A DNA stretch of 64,000 nucleotides from a bacterium (GTDB taxonomy: Bacteria > Zixibacteria > MSB-5A5 > GN15 > FEB-12): the NCBI GenBank assembly GCA_043811375.1, contig JBDRNJ010000065.1, forward strand, positions 2,278 to 66,277, in the 5' to 3' direction. Below, piece after piece: positions 54,182 to 64,000 of the stretch. Each line of letters starts with the position of its first letter. The stretch's first letter is position 1. The notes beneath the pieces were generated by a model. It was not told the DNA's origin, ran no database searches, and saw only the letters and a list, made by a program, of their open reading frames with translations. Made by a program: the position numbers and the translations under genes.

Positions 54182-55695
54182 AGCTCCCCGGCTTCACTAT
54201 CCTCAGTGTTAATCATGCCCACTACCCGGTTCTTCTTCGTGAAATAGGTGCGGGCGACGCGCTGAATATCGTCAGCAGTAACGGTATTTATCCTGTCGAG
54301 TTCATGGAAAAGTTCATGCCAGTCACCCCAGTAAACCTGGTAGGCGGCCAACTGGAACGCCAACCCCTGATTGTCGTCCATCTGGTTAATCAACTGGGCC
54401 TTGGCCCGAGCCTTGATCTTATCAACCTCAACTTCCTCGATCAACTCTTCCTTGAGCTTCTCAAGTTCCGTAAAAATCTCGGCCTCGATCTCCTCATTGG
54501 TATGACCACTCGAGGCCATGGCGTAAGCACCCGCCAGACAAGAATACTTGTTGCCCGGAAAACCGGCAAAAGCCGCCACAGTCATGGCAATCTTCTTGTC
54601 CTTTACCAGGTTCTTGTACAGTAGCGATGTGCGACCCTGACCCAGGTAGTCGGCCAGGGCATCAATAGCCGGACGGTCCGGGTGAGTACCCTCGGGAATA
54701 TGCCATCCCACCAGGTAGATCGGCTGCGATGGATCCAGCAGTTCCACTCGACGCTCGCCCAACTGCTCCGGCTCCATTGTAGCGATCAGTTGCGGAGCCG
54801 GACGATAAGGAATGCGCTCCCAATACTTCCTGGCCAGTTTCTCGATCTTCTTGGGATCGACGTCGCCCACGATGGCCACGGTCAGGTTGGATGGACCGTA
54901 GTACTTTTCAAAATAATCTCTGGCGGCATCGCGAGAGTAGTTCTGAATATCGGACATATGTCCTATGACGGAGATCCCGTACGGGTGGGACTTGAAGGCG
55001 ACACCGAGAAATTCCTCGAAAAGACGCCCGAAAGGGTTCGACTCTGTTCTCATCCGACGCTCTTCAGCAACAACGTCGCGCTCCTTGTACATCTCTCGCA
55101 ATACGGGATTTAAGAACCGCTCCGATTCCAGCATCATCCATAACTCCACCCGGTTCGACGGGAAGTTTATGTAATAGACGGTCAAGTCGTTTCCGGTACC
55201 GGCATTGAGTCCGGTACCGCCTTCACGATCAACGATATTGCCGAATTCGCTGGGTTCCACCAGTTCATACGAAGCCTCACGGGCTTCTTCGTAGGCTGTT
55301 TGCAACTCAGCAAGTCTCGTCGAATCGGCCAGACGTCCCTTTTTCCTTTCGGTCCTGAGTTCCAGAAACAGGGAGTCCTCGACCGCAATCAACTCCAGTT
55401 CCTTGTCAATGTCCTTGGTACCCACCGTTGTGGTGCCCTTAAAGGCCATATGTTCGAACATGTGGGCCAGGCCCGTGTACTCCTTGGGATCGTCCACCGA
55501 GCCGACGTTTGCCCAGGTTACAAACGTAACCACCGGAGCTTCATGCCGCTCCATGACGATAAATTTGAGGCCGTTCTCCAGCGTAAATTCCGTGACAGCG
55601 CTTTCCAGCTTTGAAAAATCAAAACTGAAAACACTCACCCCGGAAAGCAGGCTCAGACAGAACAGCAGGACAAATGCACGTTTCACTCTTCTCAC
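54178..55695 (-). CDS. M16-family zinc peptidase, catalytic-type subunit
   Basis: GLAHMFEHMAFKGT (HxxEH) and a signal peptide. ATGA overlap with the downstream M16 gene. GTG start. Confidence 0.85.
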   Translation of the reverse strand: MRRVKRAFVLLFCLSLLSGVSVFSFDFSKLESAVTEFTLENGLKFIVMERHEAPVVTFVTWANVGSVDDPKEYTGLAHMFEHMAFKGTTTVGTKDIDKELELIAVEDSLFLELRTERKKGRLADSTRLAELQTAYEEAREASYELVEPSEFGNIVDREGGTGLNAGTGNDLTVYYINFPSNRVELWMMLESERFLNPVLREMYKERDVVAEERRMRTESNPFGRLFEEFLGVAFKSHPYGISVIGHMSDIQNYSRDAARDYFEKYYGPSNLTVAIVGDVDPKKIEKLARKYWERIPYRPAPQLIATMEPEQLGERRVELLDPSQPIYLVGWHIPEGTHPDRPAIDALADYLGQGRTSLLYKNLVKDKKIAMTVAAFAGFPGNKYSCLAGAYAMASSGHTNEEIEAEIFTELEKLKEELIEEVEVDKIKARAKAQLINQMDDNQGLAFQLAAYQVYWGDWHELFHELDRINTVTADDIQRVARTYFTKKNRVVGMINTEDSEAGEL

Positions 55696-55743
55696 TCCTG
55701 TTTCCTCCAGTTTATTATTGAGTGACTAATCCTTTAAGTTGTG

Positions 55744-55772
55744 AATTAAGGCGTCGCCGAGGCTTCTGTCAA
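55744..55772 (-). promoter_or_regulatory. Candidate promoter of the M16 operon
   Basis: The minus strand reads TTGACA (55772-55767), 17 nt, TTAATT (55749-55744). Confidence 0.35.
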
Positions 55773-55964
55773 GCTCGGAGAAGCGGCATTTCGATTCAAA
55801 GCGACCGCTATCCAGTCAGAGATCGGGGTTGTTCACCGGAACCGCCGGTTTTCAATTTGGATTACATTAAGTATCACTTGAGTCATATAGCGTACAATGA
55901 ATGATAACAGGCATTTATGAGGGCGGTCACGAGAATCGCAAATCCCGGGAAGCATCAGCGATGC

Positions 55965-58538
55965 TTACCACCAACTGATAAGGCGAGGTTTGAAAGGATG
56001 GGCGAGGTTGTCGTTTTTGGGAATTATCCGCGCCGTGACGCCGAAACGTCCGGACTCATTGCAGACTACTTCACCGGTGAAAGAGTAAGTTCCGTTTCCG
56101 CCGGACCCATCCGGCTGTGATTCCGTAGTCAATGCCACCGGATGCTGCGCGTACTTAAGAATCTGTTCCTGAGAGTTGAGTTTGCCGCAGACAATCTCGA
56201 CATTGACGTCAGCCGGTGTCAGGAACCCGAGATACACCTCGATGGAAACTGGGAATTTCTGACCCACATATAGCGTCGGACCCAAATCCGGTGTGTCGAC
56301 GTTACGGATAGCAATCTCACTCCAACTGCTCTTCATACGGTCCAGCCAGGCTGTGACCTCTCTGGTTAAGCGGTAGTTATCCTCACACATGCGGACGCCG
56401 GCGTCGATAGCCGGCGCATAAAAACGATCAGTGTAGTTCATCAACATTCGCTGTGCCGAGAACCCCTCCCCGGCCATCCGGATAGCGGCCTTCATCATGG
56501 CGATCCAGTGGGACGGCAGACCGACCTCGTTCTGCTCGTAGAACAGCGGTATTACCTCGCGTTCCAGCACGTTGTAGAGCGATTCCGCCTCGAGGTGGTC
56601 CTGCACCTCCACGCTATCGTATTCCTCGCCATTGCCTATCTTGAATCCCGTTTCCGGACTGTAACCTTCCACCCACCAGCCGTCGAGAACAGAGACATTC
56701 AGGGCGCCGTTAAGAGCGGCTTTCATGCCCGAGGTGCCGGAAGCTTCCTGGGGACGGCGGGGAGTATTCAACCAAACGTCAGCTCCCTGCACCAGGTATC
56801 GGGCCACGTTTATGTCGTAGTCCTCCAGGAAAATGATTCGCCGGCTAAACTGCTCCTGGGAGGTATAGCCGGCTATCTGCTTGATGAGTTCCTTGCCGGG
56901 ATTATCCAGGGGGTGTGCTTTGCCGGCAATGATTATCTGAACCGGGCGCCGGTCGTTGTTGACCAGGCGCTGGAGTCGCTCGATATCGCTAAAGAGCAGA
57001 GTGGCGCGTTTGTATGTCGAGAAACGTCGAGCGAAGGCAATTGTCAGAACACGGGGATCCAGAATCTGTTCCGCTTTCTGCGTCTCCAATTGCGAGGATC
57101 CCTGTCGCAGAAGTTGCTGTTTTAATCTCTTGCGGGCAAAAAACACCAATCGTTCTCGGCGCCGGTTGTGTGTCCGCCACAATTCAGCGTCGGGAATCTT
57201 ATGCACCAATTGCCACATTTCCAAATCACCCGGACTCTCGACGTAACGCGGACCAAAATACGATTCATACAGTTCGCTCATGTCGTGAGATATCCACGAA
57301 GCCGGGTGGACACCATTGGTAATGGCACCTATAGGAATCTCTTCCGTCGGCAGACCGGGCCAGATGTTGTGCCACATGGTCCGGGAGGTATTCCCATGCA
57401 GTTGAGACACACCGTTGGCATAAGCCGCCATCTTCAGTGCCGCCACCGTCATACAGAACGGTTCCGTCTCGTCATCGGCGATGACCCGTCCCAGGGCCAG
57501 AAAGTCCTTCCACCCCAGGCCCAATCGTGACACAAAGTCTCCCAGATAGCGATGGATCAGCACCGGGTCGAATTTCTCATTTCCGGCCGGTACCGGTGTA
57601 TGCGTAGTGAATACTGTTGTCGACCAGATATATTGACAAGCCTCCGCATAACTGAGTTTTTTCTCTTCGATCAGGCTCCTGGCTCTCTCCAGCATCAAAA
57701 ACCAGGAGTGACCCTCGTTCAGATGGTAGATAGCCGGTTCTACGCCAACTGCTCTCAGAGCCCTGACGCCGCCGATACCGAGAACAATCTCCTGACGAAT
57801 GCGCATATCCTTGTCGCCGCCATAGAGAACTGAAGTGATATCCCGGTGGCGCGAAGAGTTTTCGGGAATGTTCGTATCCAGCAGATACAACGGTATCAGC
57901 CCCACACTGACTTTCCATATCTGTATCTGAACCGGTGTCCGGTCTATAGTAACCGATACCCGCAGGGGGTTATCATCTTTGTCTTTGACCAATTGTACCG
58001 GCATATGATACCAGTCGTTTTCCTCGTAGCGTTCCTGCTGCCAACCATCGCTGGAGAGGAACTGCCGGAAATAACCGTAGCGATACAACAGCCCTACAGC
58101 TACTATCGGCAGGCCGAGATCAGATGCCGATTTCAGCGTATCCCCGGACAGTACGCCCAATCCGCCGGAATAGACCGGCAGGCCGGTGTCGAGACCGTAC
58201 TCCAGTGAAAAATAGGCCACTGGGTGATCGCCGACATCGCCGTATTTATGCTGGTACCATCTTTTACGAGTGAGATAACTCTGGTAATCCCGGAACACAC
58301 GGTTAAGGTTGGCTACGAAACCGTCATCGTCGGCCGCTTCCTGCAATGACCGCTGTGACAGTTTGGACAGCATTTCGACCGGATTCTGATAACAGGCTTC
58401 CCACATTTCGGAATCAAGCCTGATGAAGAGTTTAACCAGGTCCCAGTGCCAGCAGTACCAGAGGTTTCGGGCCAACTGCTGCAGGGCACTGATTTTCTCC
58501 GGAAGTTTCGGTAGAACAAGAAACTGCTTCACGCGCAT
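55965..58538 (-). CDS. glgP: Alpha-glucan phosphorylase (GT35, DUF3417-type)
   Basis: YFSLEYG...PVYSGGLGVLSGD, HLNEGH, TNGVH..SW, EASGTSGMKAALNG (PLP-Lys region), and 857 aa. Confidence 0.9.
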   Translation of the reverse strand: MRVKQFLVLPKLPEKISALQQLARNLWYCWHWDLVKLFIRLDSEMWEACYQNPVEMLSKLSQRSLQEAADDDGFVANLNRVFRDYQSYLTRKRWYQHKYGDVGDHPVAYFSLEYGLDTGLPVYSGGLGVLSGDTLKSASDLGLPIVAVGLLYRYGYFRQFLSSDGWQQERYEENDWYHMPVQLVKDKDDNPLRVSVTIDRTPVQIQIWKVSVGLIPLYLLDTNIPENSSRHRDITSVLYGGDKDMRIRQEIVLGIGGVRALRAVGVEPAIYHLNEGHSWFLMLERARSLIEEKKLSYAEACQYIWSTTVFTTHTPVPAGNEKFDPVLIHRYLGDFVSRLGLGWKDFLALGRVIADDETEPFCMTVAALKMAAYANGVSQLHGNTSRTMWHNIWPGLPTEEIPIGAITNGVHPASWISHDMSELYESYFGPRYVESPGDLEMWQLVHKIPDAELWRTHNRRRERLVFFARKRLKQQLLRQGSSQLETQKAEQILDPRVLTIAFARRFSTYKRATLLFSDIERLQRLVNNDRRPVQIIIAGKAHPLDNPGKELIKQIAGYTSQEQFSRRIIFLEDYDINVARYLVQGADVWLNTPRRPQEASGTSGMKAALNGALNVSVLDGWWVEGYSPETGFKIGNGEEYDSVEVQDHLEAESLYNVLEREVIPLFYEQNEVGLPSHWIAMMKAAIRMAGEGFSAQRMLMNYTDRFYAPAIDAGVRMCEDNYRLTREVTAWLDRMKSSWSEIAIRNVDTPDLGPTLYVGQKFPVSIEVYLGFLTPADVNVEIVCGKLNSQEQILKYAQHPVALTTESQPDGSGGNGTYSFTGEVVCNESGRFGVTARIIPKNDNLAHPFKPRLISWW

Positions 58539-58609
58539 CGGTTACTCCCGTCCGGGCGTTCCCAGTGTTGCCAGGTTACATACATCTTTATCGCCCAAAT
58601 CACGAACCT

Positions 58610-58639
58610 ATTTTACACCGCTTTTATAAGTTAAGTCAA
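58610..58639 (-). promoter_or_regulatory. Candidate glgP promoter
   Basis: The minus strand reads TTGACT (58639-58634), 18 nt, TAAAAT (58615-58610). Confidence 0.3.
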
Positions 58640-58678
58640 GTCATAAGCTTCACCACTACCGGCAAATCGAATCCGTTA

Positions 58679-58706
58679 TTGACAAAATTCCAATTGTAGA
58701 TAATGT
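58679..58706 (+). promoter_or_regulatory. Candidate pfkA promoter
   Basis: TTGACA (58679-58684), 16 nt, TAATGT (58701-58706). It is divergent from glgP. Confidence 0.3.
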
Positions 58707-58777
58707 AAATAATTGGTAACTTCAACAGTGAATCGGAAACCCAAACTGTGGCTCAAGAGCCAGGGGCGTGAGAAAAT

Positions 58778-59920
58778 ATGGCAAAAGCACCTAAAAGAAT
58801 TGGTGTCCTGACAGGCGGCGGCGACTGCCCCGGCCTGAATGCAGCCCTGAGGGCTATAGTCAAGACGGCTAACAACGATTATGACATGGAAGTAATCGGC
58901 TTTACCGACGGCTACGAGGGATTGATCGAGGGCCGCTACCGGGAACTGAGCCCCAAAGACGTCTCGGGAATCCTGGCTCGGGGAGGGACCATCCTGGGCA
59001 CTTCCAATCGGGCCGATCCCTTTCACTTCCCAGTGCTGCAAGGGGATGAGTATGTTTATCTCGATCGATCCAGTCAGGGCTTGCGCAATTTCGAGTCTCT
59101 GGGGCTGGAAGGCCTGGTGGCAATCGGAGGTGACGGCACTATGGCGGCCTCAGCCGGTATGATGGCTAAGGGGCTGCCGGTGATCGGAGTGCCCAAAACC
59201 ATCGATAACGACCTGGTCGGCACCGATGTCACTTTCGGATTTGACTCGGCTCTGTCCGTGGCCACCGATGCGGTCGACCGCATTCACACCACCGCCCAGT
59301 CGCACCATCGGGTAATGATCATTGAGGTCATGGGCCGTTACGCCGGCTGGCTGGCGCTTTATTCCGGAATGGCCGGCGGTGGAGATATTATCCTGATGCC
59401 GGAATTCCCTTATGATATCGAAGCTATCTGTGACCAGGTCAAGACTCGCAATGCCATGGGCAAGAACTTCTCTATCGTGGTGGTCGGTGAGGGCGCCAAG
59501 GTTCAGGGCGGCAAGGTTGTCATTAAGCGGACAGTTGAGGGTTCCCCTGATGCCATCAGGCTGGGAGGTATCTCCCATCAGGTAGCGGCCCAGATCGAGG
59601 GGCTTACCAACATTGAATGCCGCGTGACCATCCTGGGACATCTTCTCCGGGGTGGCTCGCCGACGGCCCATGACCGGCTTCTTGCCACCAGGTTTGGCTC
59701 TGAAGCTGTTCATCTGGCAGCGCGGGGAGAATACGGCAATATGGTGGCGATGAAAGGCAGCCACATCAGCATGACGCCGATCAGCGAAGTGGCCGGAAGC
59801 CTCCGCACGGTGACGCCGGATCATCACCTGGTCAAAACCGCTCAATCACTGGGAATCTGTCTGGGAGTACCGACGGGAACGCCTCTGGAAGAGGCTGTAA
59901 CTGGTAAAGTCACGGCTTAA
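58778..59920 (+). CDS. pfkA: 6-phosphofructokinase (PfkA family)
   Basis: IGVLTGGGDCPGLNAA, AIGGDGT, GVPKTIDNDL, VMGRYAGW. Confidence 0.9.
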   Translation: MAKAPKRIGVLTGGGDCPGLNAALRAIVKTANNDYDMEVIGFTDGYEGLIEGRYRELSPKDVSGILARGGTILGTSNRADPFHFPVLQGDEYVYLDRSSQGLRNFESLGLEGLVAIGGDGTMAASAGMMAKGLPVIGVPKTIDNDLVGTDVTFGFDSALSVATDAVDRIHTTAQSHHRVMIIEVMGRYAGWLALYSGMAGGGDIILMPEFPYDIEAICDQVKTRNAMGKNFSIVVVGEGAKVQGGKVVIKRTVEGSPDAIRLGGISHQVAAQIEGLTNIECRVTILGHLLRGGSPTAHDRLLATRFGSEAVHLAARGEYGNMVAMKGSHISMTPISEVAGSLRTVTPDHHLVKTAQSLGICLGVPTGTPLEEAVTGKVTA

Positions 59921-60012
59921 AACACGGTTGTCCGGTGAGCGTTACTGGCAGGTACTGCCGATACTGCCATAACTCTGATAAAGTTCCCGCCAACCGCCAA
60001 CAAGGACATAGG

Positions 60013-60885
60013 ATGCCGAAGAAAAAAAACAACACGACCTCGATGATCACTAAGCTGAAGCGATCTCGTGCCTACCGCATCGCCTATCACGATTACGATT
60101 TCATCGATACCGACAACCTGCGCCCGGTACGCCTGCAATTGGAATTGCTCAAACCGGAATTGATCCTGCGCCAGCACAAGATAATGTCCACTATTGTTGT
60201 GTTTGGCGGCACCCGGATTGTACAGCCGTCGGTGGCTCGCACCCAGGTCAAACGACTGGAGACCAGACTACGCCGAAAACCGACCGACACCGGTCTCAAG
60301 AGGCAGTTGAGCATAGCCCGGACGATCCTGACCAAATCACATTTCTACGATGAGGCCAGGGAATTCAGCCATCTGGTATCTCTTGAGTGCCAGCGGGACG
60401 AGAAACATGAATATGTTATCGTAACCGGTGGCGGCCCGGGGATTATGGAAGCCGCCAACCGGGGTGCGCACGATGTGGACGCCAAGTCGATTGGGCTCAA
60501 TATCAAACTACCGATGGAACAGGAACCCAACGCCTACATATCGCCCGATCTGTGTATGCAGTTCCACTATTTTGCCCTGAGGAAAATGCACTTTTTCCTG
60601 CGGGCCAGGGCGTTGCTGGCTTTCCCCGGCGGCTATGGCACCATGGACGAACTTTTTGAAGCCCTGACTCTGGTTCAGACACGGGTTATCAAGAGGTTAC
60701 CCATTATCCTTTTTGGGGAAGAGTACTGGCGGCGACTTATTGATTTTGACTACCTGGTACGCGAAGGCACAATTGACGAAGAAGATATCCGGCTGTTTGT
60801 CTATACCGACAAGGCCTCCCAGGCCTGGGACTATATCAAGTATTTCTATGAGTCGCGCGGCAACGGCCGGTCCCGACCGTTCTAA
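60013..60885 (+). CDS. LOG-family (TIGR00730-type) Rossmann-fold nucleotide-binding protein
   Basis: VTGGGPGIMEAANRGA and PGGYGTMDELFEALTLVQT. ATG at 60013 with AAGGA upstream. The track GTG at 59935 is less likely. Confidence 0.8.
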   Translation: MPKKKNNTTSMITKLKRSRAYRIAYHDYDFIDTDNLRPVRLQLELLKPELILRQHKIMSTIVVFGGTRIVQPSVARTQVKRLETRLRRKPTDTGLKRQLSIARTILTKSHFYDEAREFSHLVSLECQRDEKHEYVIVTGGGPGIMEAANRGAHDVDAKSIGLNIKLPMEQEPNAYISPDLCMQFHYFALRKMHFFLRARALLAFPGGYGTMDELFEALTLVQTRVIKRLPIILFGEEYWRRLIDFDYLVREGTIDEEDIRLFVYTDKASQAWDYIKYFYESRGNGRSRPF

Positions 60886-60920
60886 AAATCGACTGTCGTC
60901 TGTTTCAAAGTGACAACTGA

Positions 60921-60960
60921 ATCCGGGCGGGGGTTTCTCCTCCGACCCGGATATTATTTG
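60921..60960 (+). terminator. Rho-independent terminator after the LOG gene (usable from both sides)
   Basis: atccgggcggggg-tttct-cctccg(a)cccggat, about 13 bp with one bulge and one G-U, followed by attatttg. Confidence 0.6.
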
Positions 60961-60989
60961 ACCTGTAGGTCTCTTTGGCCGACGGGCCG

Positions 60990-63668
60990 CTACTTGCCGT
61001 CGGAAAAGTTTCGCAGGGCGCCCCTGGCGGACGCTATCTGGCGCTGAACCTCCTTGAGGTGGACGCGCGTCATGTTATCAATCGCAGCAGAACCGGCGGT
61101 TTCCCCGGCGGTAGTTTCCAGTATGTCAAGATCATTGGCGGCCAGTGAACGGGCGTCAGAGGGTATGGACGAAGACCGGCTCAGGTATATGGCAATAAGA
61201 TAATTGAGATGCCGCAACTGCAATTGCCGACGGAAGCTGTTGATATTCTCACTCTGATCCAACTCACCCCAGATCGAATGCCGCAGATCAGTGAACATGT
61301 CATACATCGTGTAGACTTCCTCGTCCGGATCGTACCGTTTGAGATTGTTGACCAGGCGGTAAAGAATATAGGGACTGTATAGCATCCGCAGGGCACCATT
61401 CTGAATACCCAGGACCCGATCGTGAATGGGATAATCGATCTGGGAAATCGAGTACACCGACCAGTTGAAGTCCGGGAAGCGCTCCGGCTGGAGTTTGTTC
61501 AGAAGTTCTGCCGGTAAATCGAAGGCATCCGGCGCAAAGATATGATCGCTCAGAAAAGCCATCGCTTGACGTTGTTCAGTAGCCGGCACCGGCCGGAATG
61601 GTATCTGACCACCCGGATCGTCGACATGGTGGCGGTTGTGATAGATTCCGCCGACAAACTTGGGCACAAAGCGCGTCGCCTCTGTATACGGGCGCCAGCC
61701 ATACTGGAAAGCCCGCCGCACTCTCTGATAGCCCTCACCCGGTTTCTCGAATTCGTCCATCGAGTTGAACCATAGTTCACGGGTCAGATTGATACGATGT
61801 TCGCAATAGGCAATCGGATCATCACCCATGTCGAACAGGTTGCACAGCGGATCGATTGATTTGGCGCTGTAGCCAAAGGCGTCCTCATCGGTGCCGTAAA
61901 CCAGCATCGCCTCCGGTGCCCGGGCCGCAATCTCGCGAAGTCGCGGCAGTTCCTCTTCCGGTGTGATAGTTCCGAAGTCGCTGTAGGCATACTCTATAAC
62001 CCAGTCGTCATACGGACCGGGGACCGACGCGTAAAACTCACCCTGCACTTTCCCCGGACCGGCTATGTTGGCTGCCGTGTAATCCATGATGGTGCCGGTC
62101 ATGCTGTGCTGTCGCGTGAACTCGCGGTCGTTCATTTGATCGAGAGTGTAAATTGTGGAGGCCTTGAAGTTGTGCCGAAAACCGAGCGTGTGGCCGATCT
62201 CATGGGCTACCAACTCCACTATGTAGGCATGGACATATTCTTTCGTCAACGAGTCCTTGTCGGCCAGGTCGCCGGCTGCGCTCTGCAGGTAACTGAGACC
62301 AAAAGCGGCCTCCCGGGCGGATTCCTCCGCATAAGTGCATACACGCGGATCGGGAATATCTATATCAGGGTTCGTCAACAACTCTTCAGCATCGAAGTTA
62401 TCGTCATGCGAAACCGGCGAGATGAAGTTCTCCATATTGAGAAACATGTGCCGGATGAAATCAACACAGACCCGGATATCGGCATCGTAAATCTGACCGG
62501 TGAACGGATTCGCCCGGCTCGGCCCGACGGCGTAGCTGGCGCCAGGCATCACCACCCAGCGGACGGTGTTGTAACGAACGTCGGCCGGGTCCCAGTCGGC
62601 CGTATCGGGCATCTGTTTAGCTATTATCGCGTTGCGAAAACCTATCTTCTCAAAAGCCGGTTGCCAGAACTCGATCCCTTCCGCTACGGCATCGCGGTAT
62701 TCGGGCGGGACGGTGTTTTCCACCCAGAAGACAATCGGTTCCACCGGTTCTGATATCCTGGCGTCGGGATTCTTTTTCTTGAGGTGCCAGCGCTCTACGT
62801 AGCGAACGTACGGCGTCTCGCTGTCGAGTTCACTGTAATCCTGGTACATGGTCAGGAAATGACCGACACGGTCATCGCCGATACGCGAGACATAATCGGT
62901 CTCGGGCAGGGTCGAAAGAGAATAGTGATAAGTGTGAAACATGCTGTACGGGTTTTGCATACTGGTTGCCCGGAACGGCTTCTTGGTCTCGTAGTGCAAC
63001 CTGACGTCGATTTCGGTGTTTTCAGGAAACGACTTCACCAACCCAAAGTAGCTGTTCTTATCATCGAAAGAGAACCCGGTCTTGCGCGTACCGCCCAGGA
63101 AATGCCCGACGTTCTGCGCGTCGCGAATGAAATAATCAGCCGGATCAATCAGGATCGTGCCGGTCGAATCCTGCGGCTTGGATTTGATTGTCGTCGATGC
63201 AAAGAGGTGATCGCTGACGCCACGGTCCAACGCCCGGTAGAGAGCCGCGGTCGTATCGGCGCGGAACCGAACATTTTTCTCCAGCATCATCAGCTTCATG
63301 CCCACCCGTCGGAAAAAGAACGGAAATGAGCCGCTCATGGCAGCGTTGTCATAAACGGCTCCCTCGGAACCGGAACGAGTGCCGCCGCAGAGAAAGACAG
63401 GACCGATCTGCTCCGGCTTGACGGCCATCAGCATGCTGTTGTCGGTAGTGTCGTGATAGAACGTAAACAGGCCTTCAATGACGACCCGATCCTTGATCAG
63501 TTCATCAAACGGCTTCAGTTTGTCCTTGTCCGGTTTCTTGCTGTCGCTGGTTGATTTCGGTTTGGTGTCGCCGAATGTCCGCACCTTGCGACCAGCCAGG
63601 GCGTCGCCCGAGAATGCCAGTAGCGTCATGACGACAATGGTGGTGAGTAATGCGATCCTGTTACGCAT
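60990..63668 (-). CDS. Secreted zinc-dependent metalloprotease (DUF5117/DUF4953-type)
   Basis: Signal peptide MRNRIALLTTIVVMTLLAFSGDALA, the HEIGHTLGFRHNF zinc motif, and 892 aa. AAGGAG lies before the ATG. Confidence 0.8.
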   Translation of the reverse strand: MRNRIALLTTIVVMTLLAFSGDALAGRKVRTFGDTKPKSTSDSKKPDKDKLKPFDELIKDRVVIEGLFTFYHDTTDNSMLMAVKPEQIGPVFLCGGTRSGSEGAVYDNAAMSGSFPFFFRRVGMKLMMLEKNVRFRADTTAALYRALDRGVSDHLFASTTIKSKPQDSTGTILIDPADYFIRDAQNVGHFLGGTRKTGFSFDDKNSYFGLVKSFPENTEIDVRLHYETKKPFRATSMQNPYSMFHTYHYSLSTLPETDYVSRIGDDRVGHFLTMYQDYSELDSETPYVRYVERWHLKKKNPDARISEPVEPIVFWVENTVPPEYRDAVAEGIEFWQPAFEKIGFRNAIIAKQMPDTADWDPADVRYNTVRWVVMPGASYAVGPSRANPFTGQIYDADIRVCVDFIRHMFLNMENFISPVSHDDNFDAEELLTNPDIDIPDPRVCTYAEESAREAAFGLSYLQSAAGDLADKDSLTKEYVHAYIVELVAHEIGHTLGFRHNFKASTIYTLDQMNDREFTRQHSMTGTIMDYTAANIAGPGKVQGEFYASVPGPYDDWVIEYAYSDFGTITPEEELPRLREIAARAPEAMLVYGTDEDAFGYSAKSIDPLCNLFDMGDDPIAYCEHRINLTRELWFNSMDEFEKPGEGYQRVRRAFQYGWRPYTEATRFVPKFVGGIYHNRHHVDDPGGQIPFRPVPATEQRQAMAFLSDHIFAPDAFDLPAELLNKLQPERFPDFNWSVYSISQIDYPIHDRVLGIQNGALRMLYSPYILYRLVNNLKRYDPDEEVYTMYDMFTDLRHSIWGELDQSENINSFRRQLQLRHLNYLIAIYLSRSSSIPSDARSLAANDLDILETTAGETAGSAAIDNMTRVHLKEVQRQIASARGALRNFSDGK

Positions 63669-63727
63669 CGAAAACTCCTTTACAATTAATTGATTCTGTT
63701 TATTCCATTTACTACGCTGCCGGGCGA

Positions 63728-64000
63728 CTACCGGTTCCCGGCGTTGCGATATAATTTGATACAGCTTTTTCCTCTGGGAGTAAGGTTATAGTAGGTGTGG
63801 TTGCGATGTTTGATCCACTTGTTGTCGACAATCCCCTTGCGGTATTGCACTATTCGCGGTTCCACGCGTTGCAGCAGACCTAAACCGCGCAGTTTGTGGT
63901 GACTGTCAAAGGCCGCCTGTTTGTCCAGACCAAGCACCTGCGCCACTTTGAGCGAGTAGTCGATTCCATACTCCAGGTGATGTCCGAGTACCGCGATGTC
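63728..64000 (-). CDS. Small winged-helix-like DNA-binding protein; N-terminus beyond the window
   Basis: The frame is open to position 64000 (DIAVLGHHLEYGIDYSLKVAQVLGLDKQAAFDSHHKLRGLGLLQRVE...YYNLTPRGK). The HTH plus wing pattern is MarR/PadR-like. The gene is 59 nt upstream of the metalloprotease gene. Confidence 0.45.
   Translation of the reverse strand, partial: DIAVLGHHLEYGIDYSLKVAQVLGLDKQAAFDSHHKLRGLGLLQRVEPRIVQYRKGIVDNKWIKHRNHTYYNLTPRGKSCIKLYRNAGNR

Noticed and set aside
55947-55963. Hairpin aagcatc-agc-gatgctt just downstream of the glgP stop, considered as a terminator
   Set aside because: It has only a 7-bp stem with a 3-nt loop and no T-tract on the minus strand. The M16 promoter region follows. 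It is too weak to call.

Overview
The window is about 64 kb and spot counts in most genes give roughly 55-60% G+C. It looks like an uncultivated FCB-superphylum-type bacterium. The evidence for that is a T9SS C-terminal sorting domain, SBBP and FG-GAP repeat surface proteins, dockerin-like 'GDVDGSG..DLTYLVAYLFQGGPEP' modules, Shine-Dalgarno-led genes and TTGACA-N16-18-TAnnnT promoters. I call about 45 protein genes and one tRNA-Thr(CGU). I found no rRNA, CRISPR array, transposase, integrase or phage genes. Housekeeping content: aspS; the phoH-pgpH-ybeY-corC block; rho; rsfS; panD; pcm; purF; a ClC channel; an M16 peptidase pair; glgP; pfkA; a LOG-family protein; bioY; and archease. Accessory or unusual content, left to right: (1) a truncated giant SBBP/FG-GAP protein; (2) a compact trehalose island (tandem-domain unknown, treT, otsB, mscS-like, otsA); (3) a signal-peptide TPR-CHAT protease convergent with a double-zinc-motif anti-sigma/ECF sigma pair, which is divergent from a 1300-aa T9SS protein behind a long AT-rich leader; (4) two tandem paralogous polytopic-membrane+TPR genes whose identity is mosaic, each preceded by the same hairpin-containing element; (5) a six-PAS hybrid-like histidine kinase downstream of a response regulator interrupted by one in-frame TGA; (6) an S8 protease carrying the same dockerin-like pair as the T9SS giant protein, followed by a low-GC orphan gene; (7) a GAF-DHp protein without an ATPase domain; (8) several REP-like palindromic elements. 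All functional calls come from motif recognition by eye in the supplied translations. No database search was run. The most interesting hypotheses are a dockerin/cohesin-like tethering system and gene conversion between the membrane-TPR paralogs. Both are inferences that need HMM, structure and read-level checks.
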